Source of the DNA: a virus
Lineage: Duplodnaviria; Caudoviricetes
IMG/VR virus record: IMGVR_UViG_3300028595_000005
Coordinates: 1-39,814 of that record
Direction: 5' to 3' (one strand)
DNA: 39,814 nucleotides
Made by a program: the position numbers and the translations under genes. The notes below the pieces were generated by a model. It had not been told where the DNA came from. It saw only the letters and a program-made list of their open reading frames with translations, and searched no databases. Shown here piece after piece: positions 9,568-15,231 of this stretch. Each line of letters begins with the position of its first letter. The first letter of the stretch is position 1.

Positions 9568-9743
9568 GTGTTCAGTTCGATCGAGAAGGAACTTTGGCTC
9601 CCTCATCTGCAAAGTCAAAAGGCTTCCTCTCATCGTTTCCTTTCCCTCTCGCTGTTTAACACGACGGCAAATCATTCCTCCGAAAGGAGGCTCCCCCCTA
9701 GTGGTGAAGACTAGGAGCGTTTTTTCTTTTTTTTCTTTTTACA

Positions 9744-10361
9744 ATGCTAAAGAGCAAAGCGGAATTCGACGGCAAGGGCAAGTTGATTGTCGATTGGCTC
9801 GGAAGAAAGAAGTTCAATTGGGTGTGGCGATTCGACGACGGCTCGACTGAAACTCGGAAAGGAAGGGTTAGAATCTTAACAGAAGCCGACGGGTCGGCGT
9901 TTACCGATTGGAAAGGGTGGTCGGAGTTTCAAAATGTCTACCGAAACTCCGACGGCTCGACTTCAACCTGGGAAGACGGGATGGTGGTCTTGACAGAAGC
10001 CGACGGATCGGCGTTTGTCGACTGGCTCGGAAGGTCGAAGTTTGACTGGGTTTCCAGAAAGTCCGACGGATCAACTAAAACTCGGAAAGACAATGTTTGG
10101 ATCCTGACAGAGAAAGACGGCTCGAAGTTTGTCGATTGTCTTGGACGGTCGGAGTTTGATCGGATTGCCAGATGCGCCGACGGCTCGATAATGACCGAGA
10201 AAGACGGCGTGGTTATCTTGACCGAGAAAGACGGCTCGAAGTTTGTCGATTGTCTTGGACGGTCGGAGTTTGATGATCTTTTCAGGTGTAACAACGGCTC
10301 GACTGAAACCTGGAAAGACTGCGTCGAGGTCTTGACCGATAAAAACGGAAAGAAGGTTTGA
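9744..10361 (+). CDS. Tandem-repeat protein (about five 38-aa repeats, WG-repeat-like)
   Basis: Unit ILTExDGSxFVDWLGRSxFDxVxRxxDGSTxTxKDG; 114-bp periodicity. Confidence 0.85.
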   Translation: MLKSKAEFDGKGKLIVDWLGRKKFNWVWRFDDGSTETRKGRVRILTEADGSAFTDWKGWSEFQNVYRNSDGSTSTWEDGMVVLTEADGSAFVDWLGRSKFDWVSRKSDGSTKTRKDNVWILTEKDGSKFVDCLGRSEFDRIARCADGSIMTEKDGVVILTEKDGSKFVDCLGRSEFDDLFRCNNGSTETWKDCVEVLTDKNGKKV

Positions 10362-10414
10362 AAAGGCTCGCCGGAGCCTTGATCCGGCAAAATTTTTTCT
10401 TTTTCTTTTACACA

Positions 10415-10705
10415 ATGAAGACTGAAACTCTTCTCAAGGATCTTGTTTCTCTCGCCGCGGAGATCAGGAACGCTGATGATGATGCGGTAGACGAGTTACG
10501 CGAGAACCAGGAGCATTTAATTCCTGATGATAAGTATACCTTGCACAAGGAGGTTGTCGAGATTGATGCGAATACGAGAATTGAATTTTGCAGAAACGAG
10601 TATGGGATCTTTGAAGATTTTCTTCTGTTCGACGGGAAAGATATGTGGTGCCTGGATGAGGAACAAATCGAAGCTGCGAAGCTAGTCTACGATATTTCCG
10701 AATAA
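10415..10705 (+). CDS. Hypothetical acidic protein
   Basis: ATG at 10415 after TTTTCTTTTACACA. Confidence 0.75.
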   Translation: MKTETLLKDLVSLAAEIRNADDDAVDELRENQEHLIPDDKYTLHKEVVEIDANTRIEFCRNEYGIFEDFLLFDGKDMWCLDEEQIEAAKLVYDISE

Positions 10706-10717
10706 TTCTTTTACACG

Positions 10718-10891
10718 ATGACAAAAATAACTCCTGACTTCTTGGCTGGAGTGGAATTCGCTCAAGGCGAGATTCAGAAAGCCGCTGACGAGGTCAACAA
10801 AGACAAGACGTGCGACGAAGTGACACGTGCGATTATCTACTTCGAGATGACAAGGATCAATGAGAAGATCGACAGCAAGCTCGAAATTTAA
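10718..10891 (+). CDS. Hypothetical 57-aa protein
   Basis: MTKITPDFLAGVEFAQ...; leader TTCTTTTACACGATG; below the ORF-track cutoff. Confidence 0.7.
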   Translation: MTKITPDFLAGVEFAQGEIQKAADEVNKDKTCDEVTRAIIYFEMTRINEKIDSKLEI

Positions 10892-10908
10892 TTTTTTTCT
10901 TTTACACG

Positions 10909-11040
10909 ATGACACCAAACGAACTTGGGATGATTGTCGGCTGGAGCTGCGAAGTTTTCGGAATTGTTGGACTTCTTGCAATTCTATTCTCTTACCGAAA
11001 AGCCGCGAAAGAAGAAGGTCAAAAACCCCCTGCCAGATAA
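10909..11040 (+). CDS. 43-aa single-TM membrane peptide
   Basis: MTPNELGMIVGWSCEVFGIVGLLAILFSYRK...; same leader motif. Confidence 0.65.
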   Translation: MTPNELGMIVGWSCEVFGIVGLLAILFSYRKAAKEEGQKPPAR

Positions 11041-11082
11041 CTGGTGGGGGTTTTTTAAACGAAATTTCTTCAATTTCTTTCT
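11020..11082 (-). ncRNA. Candidate ~60-nt sRNA with its own promoter and terminator
   Basis: The promoter at 11088-11115 fires directly into the terminator; the single-stranded part is complementary to 16445-16468. Confidence 0.55.
11021..11056. terminator. Bidirectional intrinsic terminator
   Basis: AAAAACCCCCTGCCAG-ATAA-CTGGTGGGGGTTTTTT between convergent units. Confidence 0.85.
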
Positions 11083-11087
11083 CCCGG

Positions 11088-11115
11088 AGTCTGCAGAAGA
11101 TTCTTTTCTTGTCAA
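11088..11115 (-). promoter_or_regulatory. Promoter TTGACA-N16-CAGACT
   Basis: Family consensus; no ORF downstream before the terminator. Confidence 0.7.
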
Positions 11116-11122
11116 GAGAATC

Positions 11123-11210
11123 TTTTCTGGTAGGATTACCTCCACACGACAGCGGAGGCTTGCGGCGTGGAGCGACCGCAACTGACAGAGATAAAAGGGT
11201 CAGCCAGAAA
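11123..11210 (-). ncRNA. Cloverleaf-like four-way-junction RNA (not a tRNA)
   Basis: Closing stem TTTCTGG/CCAGAAA; arms CTGAC/GTCAG, TTGCGG/CCGCAA and CCTCCGC/GTGGAGG (the G-U pair favours the minus strand). Confidence 0.45.
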
Positions 11211-11215
11211 CGCCC

Positions 11216-11410
11216 TTACGCTTCTGCTGTCGTTTTCTCTTCGAGCCTTGTGTTCACCCAGAAAGGTTTGTCGTCCCAGAGGTAGGTTTTTCCGGTGCGA
11301 AGATCGACCCAGAGGCGTTTTTCACGACGCTCTTTTTCGGGGTTGATCTCTTCCGGGAGTTCCCAGTATTTCATTCCGGGAGGATAACGAAGTTTTCTTC
11401 TTGTCTTCAT
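11216..11410 (-). CDS. Hypothetical protein
   Basis: 64-aa ORF in the leftward replication operon. Confidence 0.6.
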   Translation of the reverse strand: MKTRRKLRYPPGMKYWELPEEINPEKERREKRLWVDLRTGKTYLWDDKPFWVNTRLEEKTTAEA

Positions 11411-11496
11411 TTTGAAATTGAAAGGCTTCAGATTGCCGCAGGTGAGGTTTTAATTCTCAGGAGGACTCAACATACCTCTTTCTGGTTAGAATCGAT

Positions 11497-11787
11497 TTAA
11501 GAGCCATTTCTGGCGTCGAGAGCGCTGCCCGCGTAACAATCGGAGGAGTAGGATCCGAGCTTCTCCGAGCAAGACAGATCTTTGAAGGCGTGAAATTTGA
11601 AAGCTTTGTCGAAGTAGCCGTAGCAAATTTTCTTGTCGGAGTATTTAAAAATCCCGTCACCGGTGTTCAGCGTGTAGCTCTTAACTGAAAACAAGGGCTT
11701 CGTGACGCCGTTGACCGTGACCCTCTTCTCGAAGTGCCTGGTGTAGCCGCGGAGATTTTGTGGATTAAAAGATTTTTCTTCTTGCAT
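11497..11787 (-). CDS. Hypothetical protein
   Basis: 96-aa ORF with a U-rich leader. Confidence 0.65.
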   Translation of the reverse strand: MQEEKSFNPQNLRGYTRHFEKRVTVNGVTKPLFSVKSYTLNTGDGIFKYSDKKICYGYFDKAFKFHAFKDLSCSEKLGSYSSDCYAGSALDARNGS

Positions 11788-11800
11788 TGCAGTTAAAGAA

Positions 11801-12160
11801 TTAAATTAAACCTTCACGCTCAGCTCTAGCCAATATTCGGGTGGCGTGATCGATATCAGAGATCCCTCTCCCGATGCTTTTCTTCATCTCTTCCTCTCTC
11901 CTGCGTAGATATTTTCTTTGTGGCAGAGGCAAGGAGAGAAGAAACTGGTCGAGATTGTTCAGGCTAGCATTGAAATCTACTTTCTCAACAGCCCGAACAG
12001 GAATCATCAATCCGTCTGGGAGCGAAAGAAATTTACTGGCCTCAAGAGCCTTCTGGATGCTAGTTTTATGCTTGGCATCGATGTAGGTGATAGAAAGCTC
12101 GCGGTTCTCGTCGCGGAACCAGATAGCAATCTTCGGGATATGGCGAACAAGATCGTTCAT
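11801..12160 (-). CDS. Hypothetical protein downstream of the replication initiator
   Basis: ATGA overlap with the initiator gene. Confidence 0.75.
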   Translation of the reverse strand: MNDLVRHIPKIAIWFRDENRELSITYIDAKHKTSIQKALEASKFLSLPDGLMIPVRAVEKVDFNASLNNLDQFLLSLPLPQRKYLRRREEEMKKSIGRGISDIDHATRILARAEREGLI

Positions 12161-12924
12161 GTTAAATCGAGAATGGCAGAATGACGCAACGCGCCGGAAA
12201 AACTTTTTAATTCCCCGTACAGATACTTGATTGAATTTAAATTCTTTCTTTTGAAGTCATCATCGATCAAGCCGGAAAGCCGCGCGGCGAACTCATCTTT
12301 ACCGATCTTTTTCCCCAGGTTCAGTAAATGGAGACCATACCGTCGTTGCCATTGCTGGCTTTCCTTGAAGTCGTCGATAGTCAGAATTTTTTTGAGGTGA
12401 TCTAACAAACCAGTAATTTCTAAATTCTCAGAAGATTTCTTCGGAACTTGTTCCGAATTATTTTTAATAATAATACTCTTATCTTCTTTTCTTTCCTCTC
12501 CTTTTCTTTTCTTTTCTTTTATAGCATTGCCTTCGCATTGCGGTCGAATTGCGGTCGCATTGCGTTCGCATTGCGTTCGCACACCACTTCCGCCCTTCTG
12601 CCATCTGGCTTTTGCCGACTCTTGAGCTTTTGAGCTCTTCTCTTTTCGAATTTTTAAGTTCTCTAAAATTTCAGAAGAAGAAATTCCTTTTTTAGTTTCT
12701 TGAAACAAATTAAAATCTTCGATGACTGCCTTTATCATTTTTTCGTCGGCTCTAAGATCAAAAGCAATGCACTCAAAATCTGGCTCAAGATAGCCGTCAT
12801 TCTGATAGACCTTCTCGACGATTGCCCAATAGATTCCGTAGCCTTCCCATCCGTGCTTCTGCAGCAGCCGGACAAGGCTTTCTTCTGTTCTCGCGTGGTA
12901 TTTATGAGGAAAGTATTCTTTCAT
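12157..12924 (-). CDS. Phage replication initiator with a DUF4373/Lin1244-like N-terminal domain
   Basis: YFPH...L+QKHGWEGYGIYWAIVE N-terminus, KARW, low-complexity linker with internal iterons; ATG at 12924. Confidence 0.8.
   Translation of the reverse strand: MKEYFPHKYHARTEESLVRLLQKHGWEGYGIYWAIVEKVYQNDGYLEPDFECIAFDLRADEKMIKAVIEDFNLFQETKKGISSSEILENLKIRKEKSSKAQESAKARWQKGGSGVRTQCERNATAIRPQCEGNAIKEKKRKGEERKEDKSIIIKNNSEQVPKKSSENLEITGLLDHLKKILTIDDFKESQQWQRRYGLHLLNLGKKIGKDEFAARLSGLIDDDFKRKNLNSIKYLYGELKSFSGALRHSAILDLT
12524..12578. repeat. Five 11-bp iterons, probable origin of replication
   Basis: GCATTGCCTTC GCATTGCGGTC GAATTGCGGTC GCATTGCGTTC GCATTGCGTTC beside an AT/pyrimidine-rich tract inside the initiator gene (lambda O-like layout). 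Confidence 0.8.
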
Positions 12925-12925
12925 A

Positions 12926-13029
12926 GAAATAAAAATGCTCACTACCTTCCGGGGATTGGACAACTTTTCGTGAGAAGAAGTTAGCCCCGGAAGATAGTAA
13001 GCATTGAAATTACTTCTCCTCAGTTGTCC
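12926..13029 (-). promoter_or_regulatory. Structured leader/attenuator 1 (replication initiator)
   Basis: 21-bp stem 12985-13005/12934-12954 plus U tract; 5' end 13012-13029 complementary to loop segments 12958-12965 and 12972-12981. Confidence 0.75.
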
Positions 13030-13035
13030 GAGCGC

Positions 13036-13063
13036 AGTCTGCCGGATGAAATTATTCTGTCAA
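13036..13063 (-). promoter_or_regulatory. Promoter TTGACA-N16-CAGACT
   Basis: Family consensus; GTTATCGG abuts the -35. Confidence 0.75.
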
Positions 13064-13076
13064 CCGATAACCGTCA

Positions 13077-13340
13077 CTAATTAAACATCCGAGCTAAAAA
13101 GCTGAGCCAGCCTCTTCTGCCTTCCCGGCTTTCTTCATAGTCCTTTCGTAGCTGTTCCTCATATCCAACTCGTCGCCACTTCTCGCTTTTTGCTAGATCA
13201 AGCTCCTCGTAAAGGAACTTTGTCGCCATTTTTTCGTAGCCTGGCTCTACCTTTGTGGCAATCCGCCGCTCGCCGTCTTCGACAACGATAATTCCAGCTT
13301 CGCGTAGCTCTCCCCTTTGCCTTAAAGTTAGCTCTTTCAT
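13077..13340 (-). CDS. Hypothetical 87-aa protein
   Basis: ATG at 13340 after CTACTTACA; the longer predicted start lies inside the RNA hairpin. Confidence 0.7.
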   Translation of the reverse strand: MKELTLRQRGELREAGIIVVEDGERRIATKVEPGYEKMATKFLYEELDLAKSEKWRRVGYEEQLRKDYEESREGRRGWLSFLARMFN

Positions 13341-13349
13341 TGTAAGTAG

Positions 13350-13454
13350 AAAAAAAAGAATCCCCAGAGAATTCCCCAGCCAAGTCATAGTTAGAAACCA
13401 CAACGAGGGGAATTCTCCAGAGATTCTGAAAAGAATGGTTTCTGGACTTGGCTG
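13350..13454 (-). promoter_or_regulatory. Structured leader/attenuator 2
   Basis: 20-bp stem 13407-13426/13358-13377 (all non-WC pairs G-U) plus U8; 5' end 13436-13454 complementary to loop segments 13378-13386 and 13393-13400. Confidence 0.75.
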
Positions 13455-13459
13455 CGACT

Positions 13460-13487
13460 AGTATATCGAATGAATCCTATTTGCCAA
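13460..13487 (-). promoter_or_regulatory. Promoter TTGGCA-N16-TATACT
   Basis: Sigma70-like; GTTATCGG abuts the -35; spacer TTCATTCG shared with the family. Confidence 0.7.
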
Positions 13488-13650
13488 CCGATAACATTTG
13501 GAGAGAGGCAAAGATCAGGATTGTTACGACAGGCTTGAGCTTCTGGCTGAGGCATTGCTAAATCACCGATAACATTCGGGCATCAAAATAGAGGATTGTC
13601 ACGCCAGGGCTGGATTACACTTCGGATGCTTTTCTCTAAATTATCGCCAA

Positions 13651-13706
13651 GAAAAATGCCACCAATTCCTGATACTGAATAAATCCAATATCAGGAACCG
13701 GTGGCA
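13651..13706 (-). terminator. Long hairpin terminator closing a ~100-nt candidate sRNA
   Basis: TGCCACCGGTTCCTGATATTGGA-TTTAT-TCAGTATCAGGAATTGGTGGCA-TTTTT, with G-U pairs on the minus strand. Confidence 0.75.
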
Positions 13707-13759
13707 CTCTCTCCTTAATCTTCTTACCTTTTTTGGGCTCGAAGTGCTTTCTGAAATAC

Positions 13760-13787
13760 AGTGTATCGAATAAGAAATTCTTGTCAA
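13760..13787 (-). promoter_or_regulatory. Promoter TTGACA-N16-TACACT
   Basis: Perfect -35; overlaps the stop of the upstream gene; no ORF downstream. Confidence 0.65.
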
Positions 13788-13939
13788 GAAAATGGAAGGT
13801 CTTTATTTTTTACTGCCTTCTTCTCGTTAAAAGCCTTTCTTCTCTTGAACTCTGCCGCCTTCGATTCATTCCAGTTCTTGATTGGTCGAATAAAACCGAC
13901 GACGCGAGCATAACACACGCATTTAGTTCTCTCTTCCAT
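13784..13939 (-). CDS. 51-aa stand-alone NrdD-like (anaerobic RNR C-terminal glycyl-radical) protein
   Basis: CVCYARVVGFIRPIKNWNESKAAEFKRRK matches the NrdD C-terminal pattern YSRVVGYxRPxxxWNxGKxxEFxxR. Confidence 0.8.
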   Translation of the reverse strand: MEERTKCVCYARVVGFIRPIKNWNESKAAEFKRRKAFNEKKAVKNKDLPFS

Positions 13940-13956
13940 TGGAATCTGAAAAAAGG

Positions 13957-13984
13957 AGTCTGCCGTTTTAAAAAAATAAAACAA
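13957..13984 (-). promoter_or_regulatory. Promoter TTGTTT-N16-CAGACT for the NrdD-like gene
   Basis: CGG-CAGACT -10 with a weak -35. Confidence 0.5.
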
Positions 13985-14011
13985 ACCATTTCGCCGGCGT
14001 GGGCGAAAAGG

Positions 14012-14043
14012 TTTTAACCGGGTCGAATTCGACCCCTTTAAAA
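14012..14043. promoter_or_regulatory. Palindromic operator-like site between divergent promoters
   Basis: Perfect 16-bp palindrome GGGTCGAATTCGACCC (14020-14035) flanked by TTTTAA/TTAAAA. Confidence 0.55.
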
Positions 14044-14049
14044 ATCTTC

Positions 14050-14077
14050 TTGACAAAAAAAAACGGTCAGGCAGACT
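14050..14077 (+). promoter_or_regulatory. Promoter TTGACA-N16-CAGACT
   Basis: Family consensus. Confidence 0.75.
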
Positions 14078-14083
14078 GTTGTC

Positions 14084-14191
14084 GAAGAAATCAATCATCA
14101 AGCTATTAGAACCTTTTGCTTGGGGTGGACATATCAATCTCAAGCATAGTGATTGGTTTCTTCACCTCCACCCCGAGCAGAAGGTTTTATT
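14084..14191 (+). promoter_or_regulatory. Structured leader/attenuator 3
   Basis: 23-bp stem 14107-14129/14167-14189 (three G-U pairs); 5' end 14084-14097 complementary to loop 14150-14163. Confidence 0.7.
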
Positions 14192-14194
14192 CGC

Positions 14195-14700
14195 GCTCGA
14201 CGGTGGGGCGTGACCTTTTCGGTGAAGCTTTGCAATAAGCTGAAAAGGATTCGAAGCATATCGTCCTCAGGGAAGCAAGAGCTAATCTCAAACCTTTGAT
14301 TATCTGGCTTCCTTTAACACAGGAAGTGACTCTTTTCTGCCTTGCCGCATAGGCTCCCCCGGCTTGGCTCTCACTAAAAAAGGAAAGAGACATGTGCGGT
14401 GAGTATGACCTAGTTAGAAGCTGACACGCTGCGCCCCCGAGCTTACGCAATAAGGGGATCGGTATCCAATCCGATTAAAGTCACGACGCGGTGTGGGTCA
14501 CGCAACTCCTGGCTAACAGAGATACGCCAGGATGTTCTTATCCGTAAGGAAAGAATCGCCCGTCCCCAGGCTAGGGGAGGAAACGATTGACCTGAGAAAA
14601 TTCCTGAGGAACGAAAAAGGTGAAACTCCTTTCTAAACAGCTTTGCTGCCATAGCACAATCGCGCTTCAGGAAACACACCTAATCTATCTTTTAGATACT
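14195..14700 (+). ncRNA. Candidate ~500-nt structured ncRNA upstream of an HNH gene
   Basis: No credible ORF; dense nested helices and GNRA-type loops (see findings). Confidence 0.55.
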
Positions 14701-15204
14701 ATGAAAACTATAATAACAGACGGTGAACAGAAGATCAGAGTTCACTTTCGAAATCAGAGTGGAATCGTAGATAAGATTATTCCTTTTAAGAACAAGCAAA
14801 AGAAAAAGATGACGACAAATTTTATCGATAGAAAGATTGACAGTTTCGCTAGCAGGAAAGAGCTAAAAACTTATTTAGAAAATTATCTAGCCTCTAAATG
14901 GCTCGAGAATCCGCAGAATAAAAATAAACTAGAGAAGCAGATAGCTAAAACCAAAAGAGGAATGTATGGGTTTGAGCTCTCGAAGATGAGCCACGATGAA
15001 TATCTTGAGACTGAAAGATGGAAGAGACTTCGAAAGAAGGTTTTAGAAAGAGATATACAATGTGTCTTATGCGGATCTAATAAAAACCTTCAAGTTCACC
15101 ATAAAAGCTACAACCATAAAGGCTGTCACGCGTGGACAAAGGAAGCTGCTGATTGCATCACCGTTTGCCGTCGCTGCCACAAGATAATCCACGGAATCAA
15201 CTAG
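14701..15204 (+). CDS. HNH endonuclease with a basic N-terminal extension
   Basis: YLETERWKRLRKKVLERD..CVLCG...LQVHHKSY...CRRCHKIIH. Confidence 0.9.
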   Translation: MKTIITDGEQKIRVHFRNQSGIVDKIIPFKNKQKKKMTTNFIDRKIDSFASRKELKTYLENYLASKWLENPQNKNKLEKQIAKTKRGMYGFELSKMSHDEYLETERWKRLRKKVLERDIQCVLCGSNKNLQVHHKSYNHKGCHAWTKEAADCITVCRRCHKIIHGIN

Positions 15205-15227
15205 CTACCGAGGATTACTCGGCAACT
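15203..15227. terminator. Hairpin between the convergent HNH and M23 genes
   Basis: AGTTGCCGAG-TAATC-CTCGGTAGCT on the minus strand. Confidence 0.55.
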
Positions 15228-15231
15228 GGTT

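Noticed and set aside
9744-10361. Diversity-generating retroelement TR/VR pair
   Set aside because: Repeats are in-frame tandem units without adenine-specific differences, and no reverse transcriptase is present.
11160-11215. Hammerhead ribozyme (CTGACAGA...GAAAC on the plus strand)
   Set aside because: The core is not CUGANGA, and no compatible stem I/III with an NUH site exists.
13487-13645. CRISPR or TIGR array
   Set aside because: Only two degenerate units, and no Cas or Nop-domain protein was seen; kept only as a weak repeat finding.
14187-14679. Minus-strand ORFs of 87 and 78 aa
   Set aside because: No protein-like features or leader motif; the helix G-U pattern supports a plus-strand RNA instead.
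14195-14700. tmRNA, RNase P RNA, group I/II intron or IscB omegaRNA
   Set aside because: No tRNA-like 3' end, no GAGGAAAGUCC, no domain V or P7 motifs recognised; the adjacent protein lacks RuvC and PLMP.
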